From Verrucomicrobiota bacterium (lineage in GTDB: Bacteria; Verrucomicrobiota; Verrucomicrobiia; Verrucomicrobiales; DEV007), in NCBI GenBank assembly GCA_045046875.1, contig JASFYY010000067.1:1-55181 (forward strand): a DNA stretch of 55,181 nt, written 5' to 3'. The first letter of the stretch is position 1. Each line of letters begins with the position of its first letter. A program made the position numbers and the translations under genes. The notes under the pieces are model-generated. The model ran no database searches, was not told the DNA's origin, and worked only from the letters and a program-made list of their open reading frames with translations. This document shows, in pieces, positions 1 to 7,085 of the stretch.

Positions 1-660
1 CAACTGGATCAAGAGGATCGCGTGAGCGAGAATCAGATTTCAAAGTTCTGGCATGACGCACTCAAGCCTTACGGCGCTCAAGCGAAGCACTGGGAGCATT
101 CGGAGGACCCCTTGGACTCCGTGATGAGCTACCTACCCGCCAACTTTAAAAATAAAAAAAATGAAGCCTACCGATGGAAGACGCAGCCGTGGTTTGTACA
201 AACCTTTAGGACGAAAACTGGAATGTGGCTCGTTTGCCTAGATGGGAATCCAAATAAATTTGAAAGTGAGGCCTATCAAGATCTCGCGGCGTTACATTCT
301 GCGATGGTGAAATATTTGGAGAAGAGTGACGGTATTTGGCCTCACCCCGACCAAGATGCCTACGAGAGTGAGCTGAACTACTCGAACTTCTGGATCGAGA
401 GTCTCAAGCCATACGGAGCCGAGAAAAAACATTGGGTGCACTCGAGCAAGCCTTCGGCCTTTGGAATGGATTATATGCCTTCTATCTTTGATGGTAAGAA
501 GAACACTGCAAACCGGTGGGAGAAACAGCCGTGGTTCATACCGAGGTTCAAAGAACAGAATGGAATGTGGGTTGTCCGTCGAAATGGGGAGCCGCGAATT
601 TGGAAATCTGGGACAGTTCCGGCAGGGCAACCTGATGCGAAATTGCAGGAAAACGACTGA
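1..660 (+). CDS. Cassette 1: hypothetical protein with tandem ~110-aa Trp-rich repeat (5'-truncated)
   Basis: Frame 1 is open from base 1. Two copies of FW..LKPYGA..KHW.HS..P....Y.P..F..KKN.A.RW..QPWF...F....GMW.V...G.P. The stop is immediately followed by attC1. Confidence 0.8.
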   Translation, partial: QLDQEDRVSENQISKFWHDALKPYGAQAKHWEHSEDPLDSVMSYLPANFKNKKNEAYRWKTQPWFVQTFRTKTGMWLVCLDGNPNKFESEAYQDLAALHSAMVKYLEKSDGIWPHPDQDAYESELNYSNFWIESLKPYGAEKKHWVHSSKPSAFGMDYMPSIFDGKKNTANRWEKQPWFIPRFKEQNGMWVVRRNGEPRIWKSGTVPAGQPDAKLQEND

Positions 661-790
661 GCGAACAAGAGAGAGCAGGTAATTCCTTCCCGCGCATTAG
701 TTCTCTTGCCTTTTGGCTTCGATTACATCACGATTTTATTTAAAGTGACAGGGCTTCGTTCCAAGAATGACCTGTCTCGAAACGTTCTGC
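660..790 (+). repeat. attC site 1
   Basis: AGCGAAC...GTTCTGC. Arms GAGA(G)CAGGTAATTC / GAATGACCTGTCTC with an extra G, and a 5-nt spacer before GTT. Confidence 0.8.
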
Positions 791-796
791 CCCAAA

Positions 797-1276
797 ATGA
801 ATTTACTAAATGGAAAAACGAAATATCTCGCGGTCGGTTCATGGGCGCTTTTGGTCGTGGGATGTATATGTTTTTTCACCACTGAAGTTATATGGTCAGT
901 TTTATTTATTCTTGGGGGCTTTTGGTTACGTACTGCACTGCCTACAAAAAACTATGACCCAGATAGAAAATCAAATCTATCCCAATCGCTCAAGTATTTC
1001 GGGGTCTTTTTTTTAGTAAGCGGTATATGTCAGACGCCTCTAATTAAGAGCGCGATGCATCAGGCGTTTAATGAAATTAGGGAAGCTTCCTTTCCTTTGC
1101 CTGCGCTATATATCATTGGAGGATTGGGGTGTTTGATTTCGAGGGTGATATTTTTAGATTGTAAATATTTAAAATCCGTTCCAGAAGCAGATATAGAGCG
1201 ATACTACAAATTAAATAACACAGAACAAAACGCAGCAGAGCAACCCGCTCCTCCTCCTCAGTCAAAATCTAAATGA
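797..1276 (+). CDS. Cassette 2: hypothetical membrane protein
   Basis: ORF with ~4 hydrophobic segments. ATG 797 follows R'. The C-terminus (EQNAAEQPAPPPQSKSK) is encoded by the left arm of attC2. Confidence 0.75.
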   Translation: MNLLNGKTKYLAVGSWALLVVGCICFFTTEVIWSVLFILGGFWLRTALPTKNYDPDRKSNLSQSLKYFGVFFLVSGICQTPLIKSAMHQAFNEIREASFPLPALYIIGGLGCLISRVIFLDCKYLKSVPEADIERYYKLNNTEQNAAEQPAPPPQSKSK

Positions 1277-1346
1277 AAACTTTAACCCTAAACTTGAACA
1301 CGAAAGCTCGCTGCCAGTAGCGGGTTGCCTGTGCTCGACGTTCGCT
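1220..1346 (+). repeat. attC site 2
   Basis: ACAGAAC...GTTCGCT. Arms GCA(G)CAG(A)GCAACCCGCT / AGCGGGTTGCCTGTGC. Close paralogue of attC10. Confidence 0.9.
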
Positions 1347-1352
1347 GGGAAA

Positions 1353-1778
1353 ATGAGCCAAGTTCTTAACATTCGATTCTCCAAAGACGCAGTCGAAATG
1401 TTGGAAGAGTTTATAGACGGCTGGAATACGATTGGAACCAGTAAACTTATAAACGAGCATTTTTATGAACTGAATTACGACGATCAGAGCGACAGCCTTT
1501 CTATTGGACTTGAAGAAGATTCAAGTCTCCTCATTCAAGGCTATACGACTGATATCAGCTGGGGTTATATCGAGCAATTTTCTAAATCTAACAATGGAGA
1601 GATTTCATGCGAAGGAGCTCCGTTGGCTGATGAGCGCGAACTCACTGAATCAAAGCTATCCTTTTTCGGAGCCATAATTTCGATTGGCGGTTTAATTGTG
1701 CTTGTTGTTTTATGGCCATTCATGCTCATCTATGCTTTATTAAGGTTACTTTTCACGATCGTAATAAGCCGCAAATGA
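1353..1778 (+). CDS. Cassette 3: hypothetical protein, acidic N-domain plus C-terminal membrane anchor
   Basis: 141-aa ORF between attC2 and attC3 with a hydrophobic C-terminus. Confidence 0.75.
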   Translation: MSQVLNIRFSKDAVEMLEEFIDGWNTIGTSKLINEHFYELNYDDQSDSLSIGLEEDSSLLIQGYTTDISWGYIEQFSKSNNGEISCEGAPLADERELTESKLSFFGAIISIGGLIVLVVLWPFMLIYALLRLLFTIVISRK

Positions 1779-1791
1779 TCCTCAGAAAAAC

Positions 1792-1917
1792 AGCGAATAA
1801 AACGCTGCTCACCAAGCACTGAGCCTCCTCGTTATTAAAAATCAACATGACTTTAAACACCAACATCTTCGTTCACACTCGTTCCCAGCTCAGTGCTGGG
1901 TGAGCTCGACGTTCGAC
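1792..1917 (+). repeat. attC site 3 (R'' ends AAT instead of AAC)
   Basis: AGCGAAT...GTTCGAC. Arms GCTCACCAAGCACTGAGC / GCTCAGTGCTGGGTGAGC with a TCGAC spacer. Confidence 0.85.
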
Positions 1918-1924
1918 AAAAAAA

Positions 1925-2335
1925 ATGAACCGTAAATTAAAATTTTTCGTAACTCTTATCCTCTTTATCACAACGCCCTACTTAAAGTCGGAAGAAAAAC
2001 TCGTAGATTTCAAAATCCCAATCACTCAGCAGCTTGCTAAAGAGCTCCAGAAAAGATGCGGAAAGCTTCAACTCCCTTTGAGAGAAGTTGTGATGGGTGT
2101 GGGAATTATATTTCATCAAGGATCCTCTATCCAAATAGATAGGGAAAATTCTGTAATTTCAGGCCGTCTTGCGCATTCTGAAGCAATGCTTGTATTAGCT
2201 CTCAGTGCGCATTTTGCCTCCTCGTCGGAGAAGGAAATTAAATCCTATTTTGATGATATCGACGAATCTCATTGCTTCGACCCTAAAAAAACAACGACGG
2301 AAAAGGTCGAACAAAAGTCAGTACCGAATCCCTGA
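1925..2335 (+). CDS. Cassette 4: hypothetical exported protein
   Basis: Signal-peptide-like N-terminus. The C-terminus (VEQKSVPNP) runs into attC4. Confidence 0.75.
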   Translation: MNRKLKFFVTLILFITTPYLKSEEKLVDFKIPITQQLAKELQKRCGKLQLPLREVVMGVGIIFHQGSSIQIDRENSVISGRLAHSEAMLVLALSAHFASSSEKEIKSYFDDIDESHCFDPKKTTTEKVEQKSVPNP

Positions 2336-2431
2336 GCCGCCTCGTAGTTATGATTCACTTTGATTTTAACCATCAAACGCTTCGTCAACGCGCGCTCCCA
2401 CTCAGGGATGCGGTGTGACTCGACGTTATGT
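2306..2431 (+). repeat. attC site 4
   Basis: GTCGAAC...GTTATGT. Arms AGTCA(G)TACCGAATCCCTGAG / CTCAGGGATGCGGTGTGACT. Close paralogue of attC8. Confidence 0.9.
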
Positions 2432-2838
2432 GCAGAAAATCACATCTTCTGTTTTTTGCTGTTTTATTTTTCATAACAGCTTGTAAAAGCATCACGTCAG
2501 GAGGAAAAAATGATTTCTCTGACTTTATCCAGGATTCTGACACGTTTACCGTTGTGATCTATGATGGTGGACATATCACTAACAGGTATCCACTATTGAA
2601 ATCGAGTGTCGAACACCGAAAGCTTAAGGAATGGTTGAAAAGCAATGAATCCGGATGGGAAAAATCAGGATTTAGAAGCCGTTATACCACTTACGCGCCT
2701 GACATACTTATTTCATCAGGACTCAAAAAAATTAATTTTATCAAAGGCGGTGTGATCATATTTATTCCGAACGTCGGCCAATTTGAACAAGCGACCGAAG
2801 AAAGTGATTTAGTATTCTTGAGACGTCGAAACACATAA
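2428..2838 (+). CDS. Cassette 5: putative lipoprotein
   Basis: Hydrophobic leader with lipobox-like ITAC. ATG lies inside the R' box and the stop TAA lies inside the R'' box of attC5. Confidence 0.75.
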   Translation: MCRKSHLLFFAVLFFITACKSITSGGKNDFSDFIQDSDTFTVVIYDGGHITNRYPLLKSSVEHRKLKEWLKSNESGWEKSGFRSRYTTYAPDILISSGLKKINFIKGGVIIFIPNVGQFEQATEESDLVFLRRRNT

Positions 2839-2946
2839 CAAATCGTGGCTGCGAACAGGCTACCCGCTGTGAGTTGAAAATTCATACATTAACCTTGAAC
2901 ATAAAGCGCGTTCTCAGGTAGACTGTCGTAGCACTCAAACGTAGGA
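2833..2946 (+). repeat. attC site 5 (R' = GTAGGA, one T short)
   Basis: ACATAAC... Arms GTG(G)CTGCGA(A)CAGGCTACC / GGTAGACTGTCGTAGCAC. Confidence 0.8.
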
Positions 2947-2956
2947 GGAAGGGAAA

Positions 2957-3637
2957 ATGATTTTTAATATTGTCGTTATTGTTCCATTTTTGATCACTCT
3001 ATTCTTTTGGCTCAGGGGGCTGTGGAAGCAGTGTATAAGTGATGTCATTGTCTCTCTTATTACATTGGGCGTCGCAATCGGAGCATATTTTTATGCATAC
3101 CAATATATTTCCTTTGTCGGTATTCCGTGGTCTTTTCTTTTGATTTTGGCCATTGGAGGAGGGGTAGTTGTTGCCCTAAAGCGTAAGGAAGGCGGCGGTA
3201 AAGCCTATGTTCTAGCACCCATCATTGCTGTGTGTTTAAGCGGAGTAATGTTTCTAGGTGAACAGAAATGGAATGCCTCTGAAAATTCCATCCTTGTTAT
3301 AACCCCATATCGTGCTGCCGGGACTTGGGTTTTTGATGATCCAGGAGCAGGTCTTAAAGCAGAGCCCTTTATTTCAGGCATGCCAGAAATAATTGATGAG
3401 TTAATTGCAGAGGCAAAGGTTGCTGATGCAAATAAAGGTTTCAGGATGATATTTTCCAGTCAACCTTTTCCTAACCACCAATCAGAAATAACTTGGGTTC
3501 GTCCTGAATCAGGTGGCAACTGGTATTATTCGGAAGAGTATAAGCTCGAAGGTTGGCTTTGCCCTGCTTTGTTCAAATATTTCAGGAGAGCTCCTCGGAT
3601 AATATATGTGAAAGCTGAGGGGATAAAAGATTCCTAA
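2957..3637 (+). CDS. Cassette 6: membrane protein fused to DUF6717-like domain
   Basis: N-terminal ~4 TM segments. C-domain NSILVITPY..GTWVFDD..GL..EPF..G....ID...EGWLCPALFKYF resembles DUF6717 (from memory). GGAGG RBS upstream. Confidence 0.75.
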   Translation: MIFNIVVIVPFLITLFFWLRGLWKQCISDVIVSLITLGVAIGAYFYAYQYISFVGIPWSFLLILAIGGGVVVALKRKEGGGKAYVLAPIIAVCLSGVMFLGEQKWNASENSILVITPYRAAGTWVFDDPGAGLKAEPFISGMPEIIDELIAEAKVADANKGFRMIFSSQPFPNHQSEITWVRPESGGNWYYSEEYKLEGWLCPALFKYFRRAPRIIYVKAEGIKDS

Positions 3638-3692
3638 CAAGAGCTTGCATGTGACGTCGCATGCGCGCCGCACATGAAGATTGACGTTAGAC
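3632..3692 (+). repeat. attC site 6 (short, 61 bp, classical-looking)
   Basis: TCCTAAC...GTTAGAC. Arms CTT(G)CATGTG(A)CG / CGCACATGAAG. Confidence 0.9.
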
Positions 3693-3713
3693 CCCAAAAA
3701 TAAAACTACTGTA

Positions 3714-4103
3714 ATGCGCTGCATCATCTTTTTAACTATTGTATTGACAATAACATTGATCTCGACCTCCGCTGAGACAGTGCGTGAGCGACTGGCCTCA
3801 GATCCTAAATTCCCCATCTATACTGTGGTTTTCGGTATTACCGTGGTGACTAAGGGCAAATTTGACAGCTTCAGTATATCCAAAATCGTTGATCCCAAAT
3901 CCGGAACCACTGACTCGGTTAAAATTCCTATTTCAAAGCAATTCGTGGCAGCTACTCGAAAGAAACTTATCGAGATGAAGGTATACGAGCCCAGACTCAA
4001 GGATGGGAAGCCAGTGGAGTTTTATACTTATGTATATTATTCTCCAGACTATCCAAAGGTTGTGATAATGGATTTGGACGTCTCCATTGAAGATCAACCG
4101 TAA
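3714..4103 (+). CDS. Cassette 7: exported protein, possibly TonB C-terminal-like fold
   Basis: Signal peptide and YEPRLKDGKPV motif reminiscent of TonB_C. ATG 3714 preferred over TTG 3681, which lies in attC6. Confidence 0.65.
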   Translation: MRCIIFLTIVLTITLISTSAETVRERLASDPKFPIYTVVFGITVVTKGKFDSFSISKIVDPKSGTTDSVKIPISKQFVAATRKKLIEMKVYEPRLKDGKPVEFYTYVYYSPDYPKVVIMDLDVSIEDQP

Positions 4104-4104
4104 G

Positions 4105-4210
4105 GTCTAACAAGTAGGTAGAGGAAACGGCGATCACTAGCCTTGACTCTGTGAAGCCAATCGTAATATGATTGGCAAGAGGCAAATCCTCTGCCCGTTT
4201 TCAGTTGTCA
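4105..4210 (+). repeat. attC site 7 (degenerate right arm)
   Basis: GTCTAAC matches the cassette's GTTAGAC. GGTAGAGGA/TCCTCTGCC can pair. Candidate R' GTTGTCA at 4204 has irregular spacing. Confidence 0.5.
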
Positions 4211-4249
4211 GCCCATTTTAACTTTGATACTATGGAAGCAACGCTAACA

Positions 4250-4375
4250 GTCCAACAATAGTCCGCGCCGAATCCCTGAGCCGTAATGTAGTTATGATTC
4301 ACTCTAATTTTAACCATCAACTTTTGCGTCAATGCGTGCTCCCACTCAGGGATGCGGGGTGACTTGACGTTTGCA
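4250..4375 (+). repeat. attC site 8
   Basis: GTCCAAC...GTTTGCA. Arms CCGAATCCCTGAG / CTCAGGGATGCGG. Aligns end to end with attC4. Confidence 0.88.
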
Positions 4376-4379
4376 ATAA

Positions 4380-5060
4380 ATGCTTCGTAAAGTAACACTG
4401 GCCCTAAATGCGATCGTGGTCGTTTTGTCTCTCACTCTCTTTTGCTACACGTTTTTCGCAAGGCCGCATTTGACCGAGCACACGAGGGCATTCGTTACGG
4501 AAAAGACGCTTTCGTATTCCAAGCCGCTTGTGGATCTGATGCGAGCAGGTATCGATTCTCCACTCTCTCAGAAGTTCATTTCAGAAGAGCTTCGTTCGCT
4601 AATTGAAGAGGAGCTTAAGCTCTACGATTCAAATTCCGCAGAATATGTGACGGCGCTGACCTCAGCACGAGCTGAGTCATTAGGCACAGGTAAGGTCGCC
4701 AAGTTTAAAGAAAAGATTCGAAGCTATTACCAATCGACTCTGAGCTCATTGGTTTGCGACCTCAGAATATTTTCAGGTTCCAATATTGTGGCAGGCTTCT
4801 TCGCGATGTGGCTCCTACTGACCAAGGGATTCAGGCGGAGTGACAAGGTGGCCGCTTTCTCATTCGTGGTTTTTGCGGCTGTAGCATACAGCACCTATAG
4901 CTACATTGACGGAGTTTCATTTTTACGGATTTTGCTCAAGAGCCACCTCGGATGGTGGTATCCTGCTGGTATTGTTATAATGATTTTGGCGCTGGTCCTC
5001 GAGTATGGCCTAAACAAGGAAACAGATGCAGAGCAAGGCGTCGATCCTCTTCCTCTATGA
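4380..5060 (+). CDS. Cassette 9: hypothetical membrane protein
   Basis: N-terminal TM segment plus 3 C-terminal TM segments. The C-terminus (AEQGVDPLPL) is encoded in attC9. Confidence 0.8.
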   Translation: MLRKVTLALNAIVVVLSLTLFCYTFFARPHLTEHTRAFVTEKTLSYSKPLVDLMRAGIDSPLSQKFISEELRSLIEEELKLYDSNSAEYVTALTSARAESLGTGKVAKFKEKIRSYYQSTLSSLVCDLRIFSGSNIVAGFFAMWLLLTKGFRRSDKVAAFSFVVFAAVAYSTYSYIDGVSFLRILLKSHLGWWYPAGIVIMILALVLEYGLNKETDAEQGVDPLPL

Positions 5061-5088
5061 GGATGGCTCGGACGTTGATACGTTTGCG
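5028..5088 (+). repeat. attC site 9 (short, degenerate; R'' ends AGC)
   Basis: GCAGAGC...GTTTGCG. GGCGTC/GACGTT and ATCCTC/GAGGAT pairing, 5-nt spacer before GTT. Confidence 0.6.
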
Positions 5089-5095
5089 TTAATAA

Positions 5096-5785
5096 ATGAA
5101 AGTTGCTCTCAAACCATTTACATCAAAGCAAACTCAAGAACTTGAGGGGTATATTGCTACTTGGGTCAAAATCGTGCGTATAGCAGCGTATGCCGTTTTA
5201 GTTGTTTTTACCGGTCTTATTTTCAGAGGGTTTTCACAAATCCTTTTTACCAAAACCTCGAATACACTCACCGATATTTTTTGGGTCTTACCAACCGCAG
5301 CGTTTGCATTATATATATGGATTCGTTCGGGTAAATGGACAGGAGGCAGGCAATTTCATGATGCCGTCAAAAAAGATATTGCAGGAGGGAACGCGCGTGT
5401 CTTAAGCGTCAAAATTACTGATGCGATTTTAATTGAAGAACAAGAAGATGATGGCCCTTCATACATTATTTTAAGCACAGAAGGAGAAACCGTTTTTTTC
5501 TCTGGTCAGTATTTAGATAGACTACAGGCGAAAGGCTTCCCTTGGTCTGAGATTGAAATTGTTGAGGCTCCGGAATCGAAAGTGTTTTTTGGAATTAAAA
5601 AGAAAGGAGCTCGTATAAATCCTTCAGTGAATCGCATGCCTCTCGAATATGAGGAAGCAAAATCAATGGGAGCGTTTGATAATGATTATCAAGTTCTTAA
5701 TGTGAAATTCGAAACCTTGAAGCGCAAAGCACAACAAAACGCAGTAGAGCAATCCTCTACTAGCCTTCGGTCGAAACCCAAATGA
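5096..5785 (+). CDS. Cassette 10: hypothetical membrane protein
   Basis: Two TM segments plus a soluble domain. The C-terminus (AQQNAVEQSSTSLRSKPK) is encoded in attC10. Confidence 0.8.
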   Translation: MKVALKPFTSKQTQELEGYIATWVKIVRIAAYAVLVVFTGLIFRGFSQILFTKTSNTLTDIFWVLPTAAFALYIWIRSGKWTGGRQFHDAVKKDIAGGNARVLSVKITDAILIEEQEDDGPSYIILSTEGETVFFSGQYLDRLQAKGFPWSEIEIVEAPESKVFFGIKKKGARINPSVNRMPLEYEEAKSMGAFDNDYQVLNVKFETLKRKAQQNAVEQSSTSLRSKPK

Positions 5786-5856
5786 AAACTTTAACCAATT
5801 AACCTCTTCGCCAACACTCGCCCTCGCTAGGGGGTTGCCTGTGCTCGACGTGTTGC
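5729..5856 (+). repeat. attC site 10 (terminal; R' reads GTGTTGC)
   Basis: GCACAAC... Arms GCA(G)TAG(A)GCAATCCTCTA / TAGGGGGTTGCCTGTGC with a TCGAC spacer. Paralogue of attC2. Confidence 0.85.
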
Positions 5857-6076
5857 TCTCAGCATCAGAGCATCAGAGGTTCGAAAACTGTGAGTCAAAT
5901 TCCTTGCGGAACTCGACCTTTACCAATGCGAGGACTTTGGCTCCTTGATTCATTCGGCTTTTCAGGTTGCCTGTCTGACTTGGTTCAACCCTTATTGAGC
6001 TTTCGTCGGAAAAGGAGCCGAAGGCAGACGGGAGTCAATGTCCGATTTCCTGTTACTTACCTGCATGGAAGGTGAG

Positions 6077-6670
6077 TCACATATCTTTCAGCAAGCTCTT
6101 ATTCTTCCACAAGTAACCTATCCCTGACCAGACGGTGAGGATGAGGGTGGTGGCGATGAGCAGGTTGCCGACGATGGTGGGGCCGAAAATTTTCGAGTCG
6201 AACAAGGCGTCGAGCCATTGCAGGCCGGGGTCTTCCGAAGCGAGAAGAACCAGGAAGTAGATCACGGTGATGATCTGCCAGATGGTTTTGTGCTTGCCGA
6301 GTTTTTCTGCGGCCAGCACTTTGCCCTCGGCGGCGGCGACCAGGCGTAGACCGGTGACCATGAACTCGCGGGCTAGAATAGCGATCACCACCCAGGCGGG
6401 AAACAGGGCGCGGGTGGATTCGAGGGAGCAGAGCATGACAAAACCGGAGGCCATCAGGACTTTGTCGGCGAGTGGATCCATTAATTTGCCGAAGTCGGTG
6501 ATGAGATTGTGTTTGCGCGCCAGGTAGCCATCGAGGAAGTCGGTGATGGCGGCGATGCTGAACAGCAGCAGGGCGGCGGTTTTTCCGTAGGGCAGATCAA
6601 TGGATAAAGCGGCGACAAAAAAGCCGGTCAGGATCAGGCGGCCGACTGTGAGTTGGTTGGGCAGGTTCAT
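6077..6670 (-). CDS. pgsA: CDP-diacylglycerol--glycerol-3-phosphate 3-phosphatidyltransferase
   Basis: MNLPNQLTVGR start and the CDP-alcohol phosphatidyltransferase motif DFLDGYLARK...FGKLMDPLADK. Confidence 0.95.
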   Translation of the reverse strand: MNLPNQLTVGRLILTGFFVAALSIDLPYGKTAALLLFSIAAITDFLDGYLARKHNLITDFGKLMDPLADKVLMASGFVMLCSLESTRALFPAWVVIAILAREFMVTGLRLVAAAEGKVLAAEKLGKHKTIWQIITVIYFLVLLASEDPGLQWLDALFDSKIFGPTIVGNLLIATTLILTVWSGIGYLWKNKSLLKDM

Positions 6671-6677
6671 GGCAGGA

Positions 6678-7085
6678 TTAAGCGGAGGTTTCGGCGAAAA
6701 CAGGGTTTTTCCAGATAGGCACGGTTTTTTTGATCCGTCTGAGGTATTCGCGAGAGATGTCGAAAGCAGCCTGACTGTGGGCGGTTTGCACCCGGATGAG
6801 GATCGAAGCGTCTCCTGCGGCGACGAAGCCGATGCGGTGATGGATGGCCACCAAGTGCTCGGGGTTTTCCTCCAGCATGGTCTCGACGATCTTGTTGAGC
6901 TCCGTCCCCGCCATGTCTGGATAGCAGGAATAGTCGATGCCGGTGATGATACTACCGTCTTCTTCATCGCGCACTACACCGTGGAAACGGATGTCGGCCC
7001 CGTGTTTGCTAGAGGGCGGGAAGCCCGCCTCCACCTCGAGGACGGTTTTTTCAGAAATAGAAACTTTTAAATCACTGCTTGCCAT
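6678..7085 (-). CDS. moaE: Molybdopterin synthase catalytic subunit
   Basis: GA..F.GVVRD, Y..MA, HHRIG, and IKKTVPIWK motifs. Confidence 0.9.
   Translation of the reverse strand: MASSDLKVSISEKTVLEVEAGFPPSSKHGADIRFHGVVRDEEDGSIITGIDYSCYPDMAGTELNKIVETMLEENPEHLVAIHHRIGFVAAGDASILIRVQTAHSQAAFDISREYLRRIKKTVPIWKNPVFAETSA

Larger units (their letters stand above)
1..5856 (+). mobile_element. Integron gene-cassette array (3' portion; intI/attI not in window)
   Basis: Nine short, co-oriented, AT-rich ORFs separated by ~10 imperfect inverted repeats bounded by ..AAC and GTT.. The R' box opening each cassette is the reverse complement of the R'' box closing it: GTTCTG/CAGAAC, GTTCGCTG/CAGCGAAT, GTTCGAC/GTCGAAC, GTTATGTG/CACATAAC, GTTAGACC/GGTCTAAC. 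Confidence 0.92.

Noticed and set aside
660..5856. attC repeats as a CRISPR array or simple terminators
   Set aside because: The repeats are long, imperfect and separated by whole genes, lack poly-U tails, and there are no cas genes. R'/R'' complementarity fits integron cassettes.
5857..6076. Integrase or attI at the right end of the array
   Set aside because: Only 220 bp with no tyrosine-recombinase ORF. intI would be expected upstream of base 1.
6671..6967. 99-aa N-terminal extension of PgsA in the ORF track
   Set aside because: It overlaps moaE in another frame. The family start MNLPN is at 6670.
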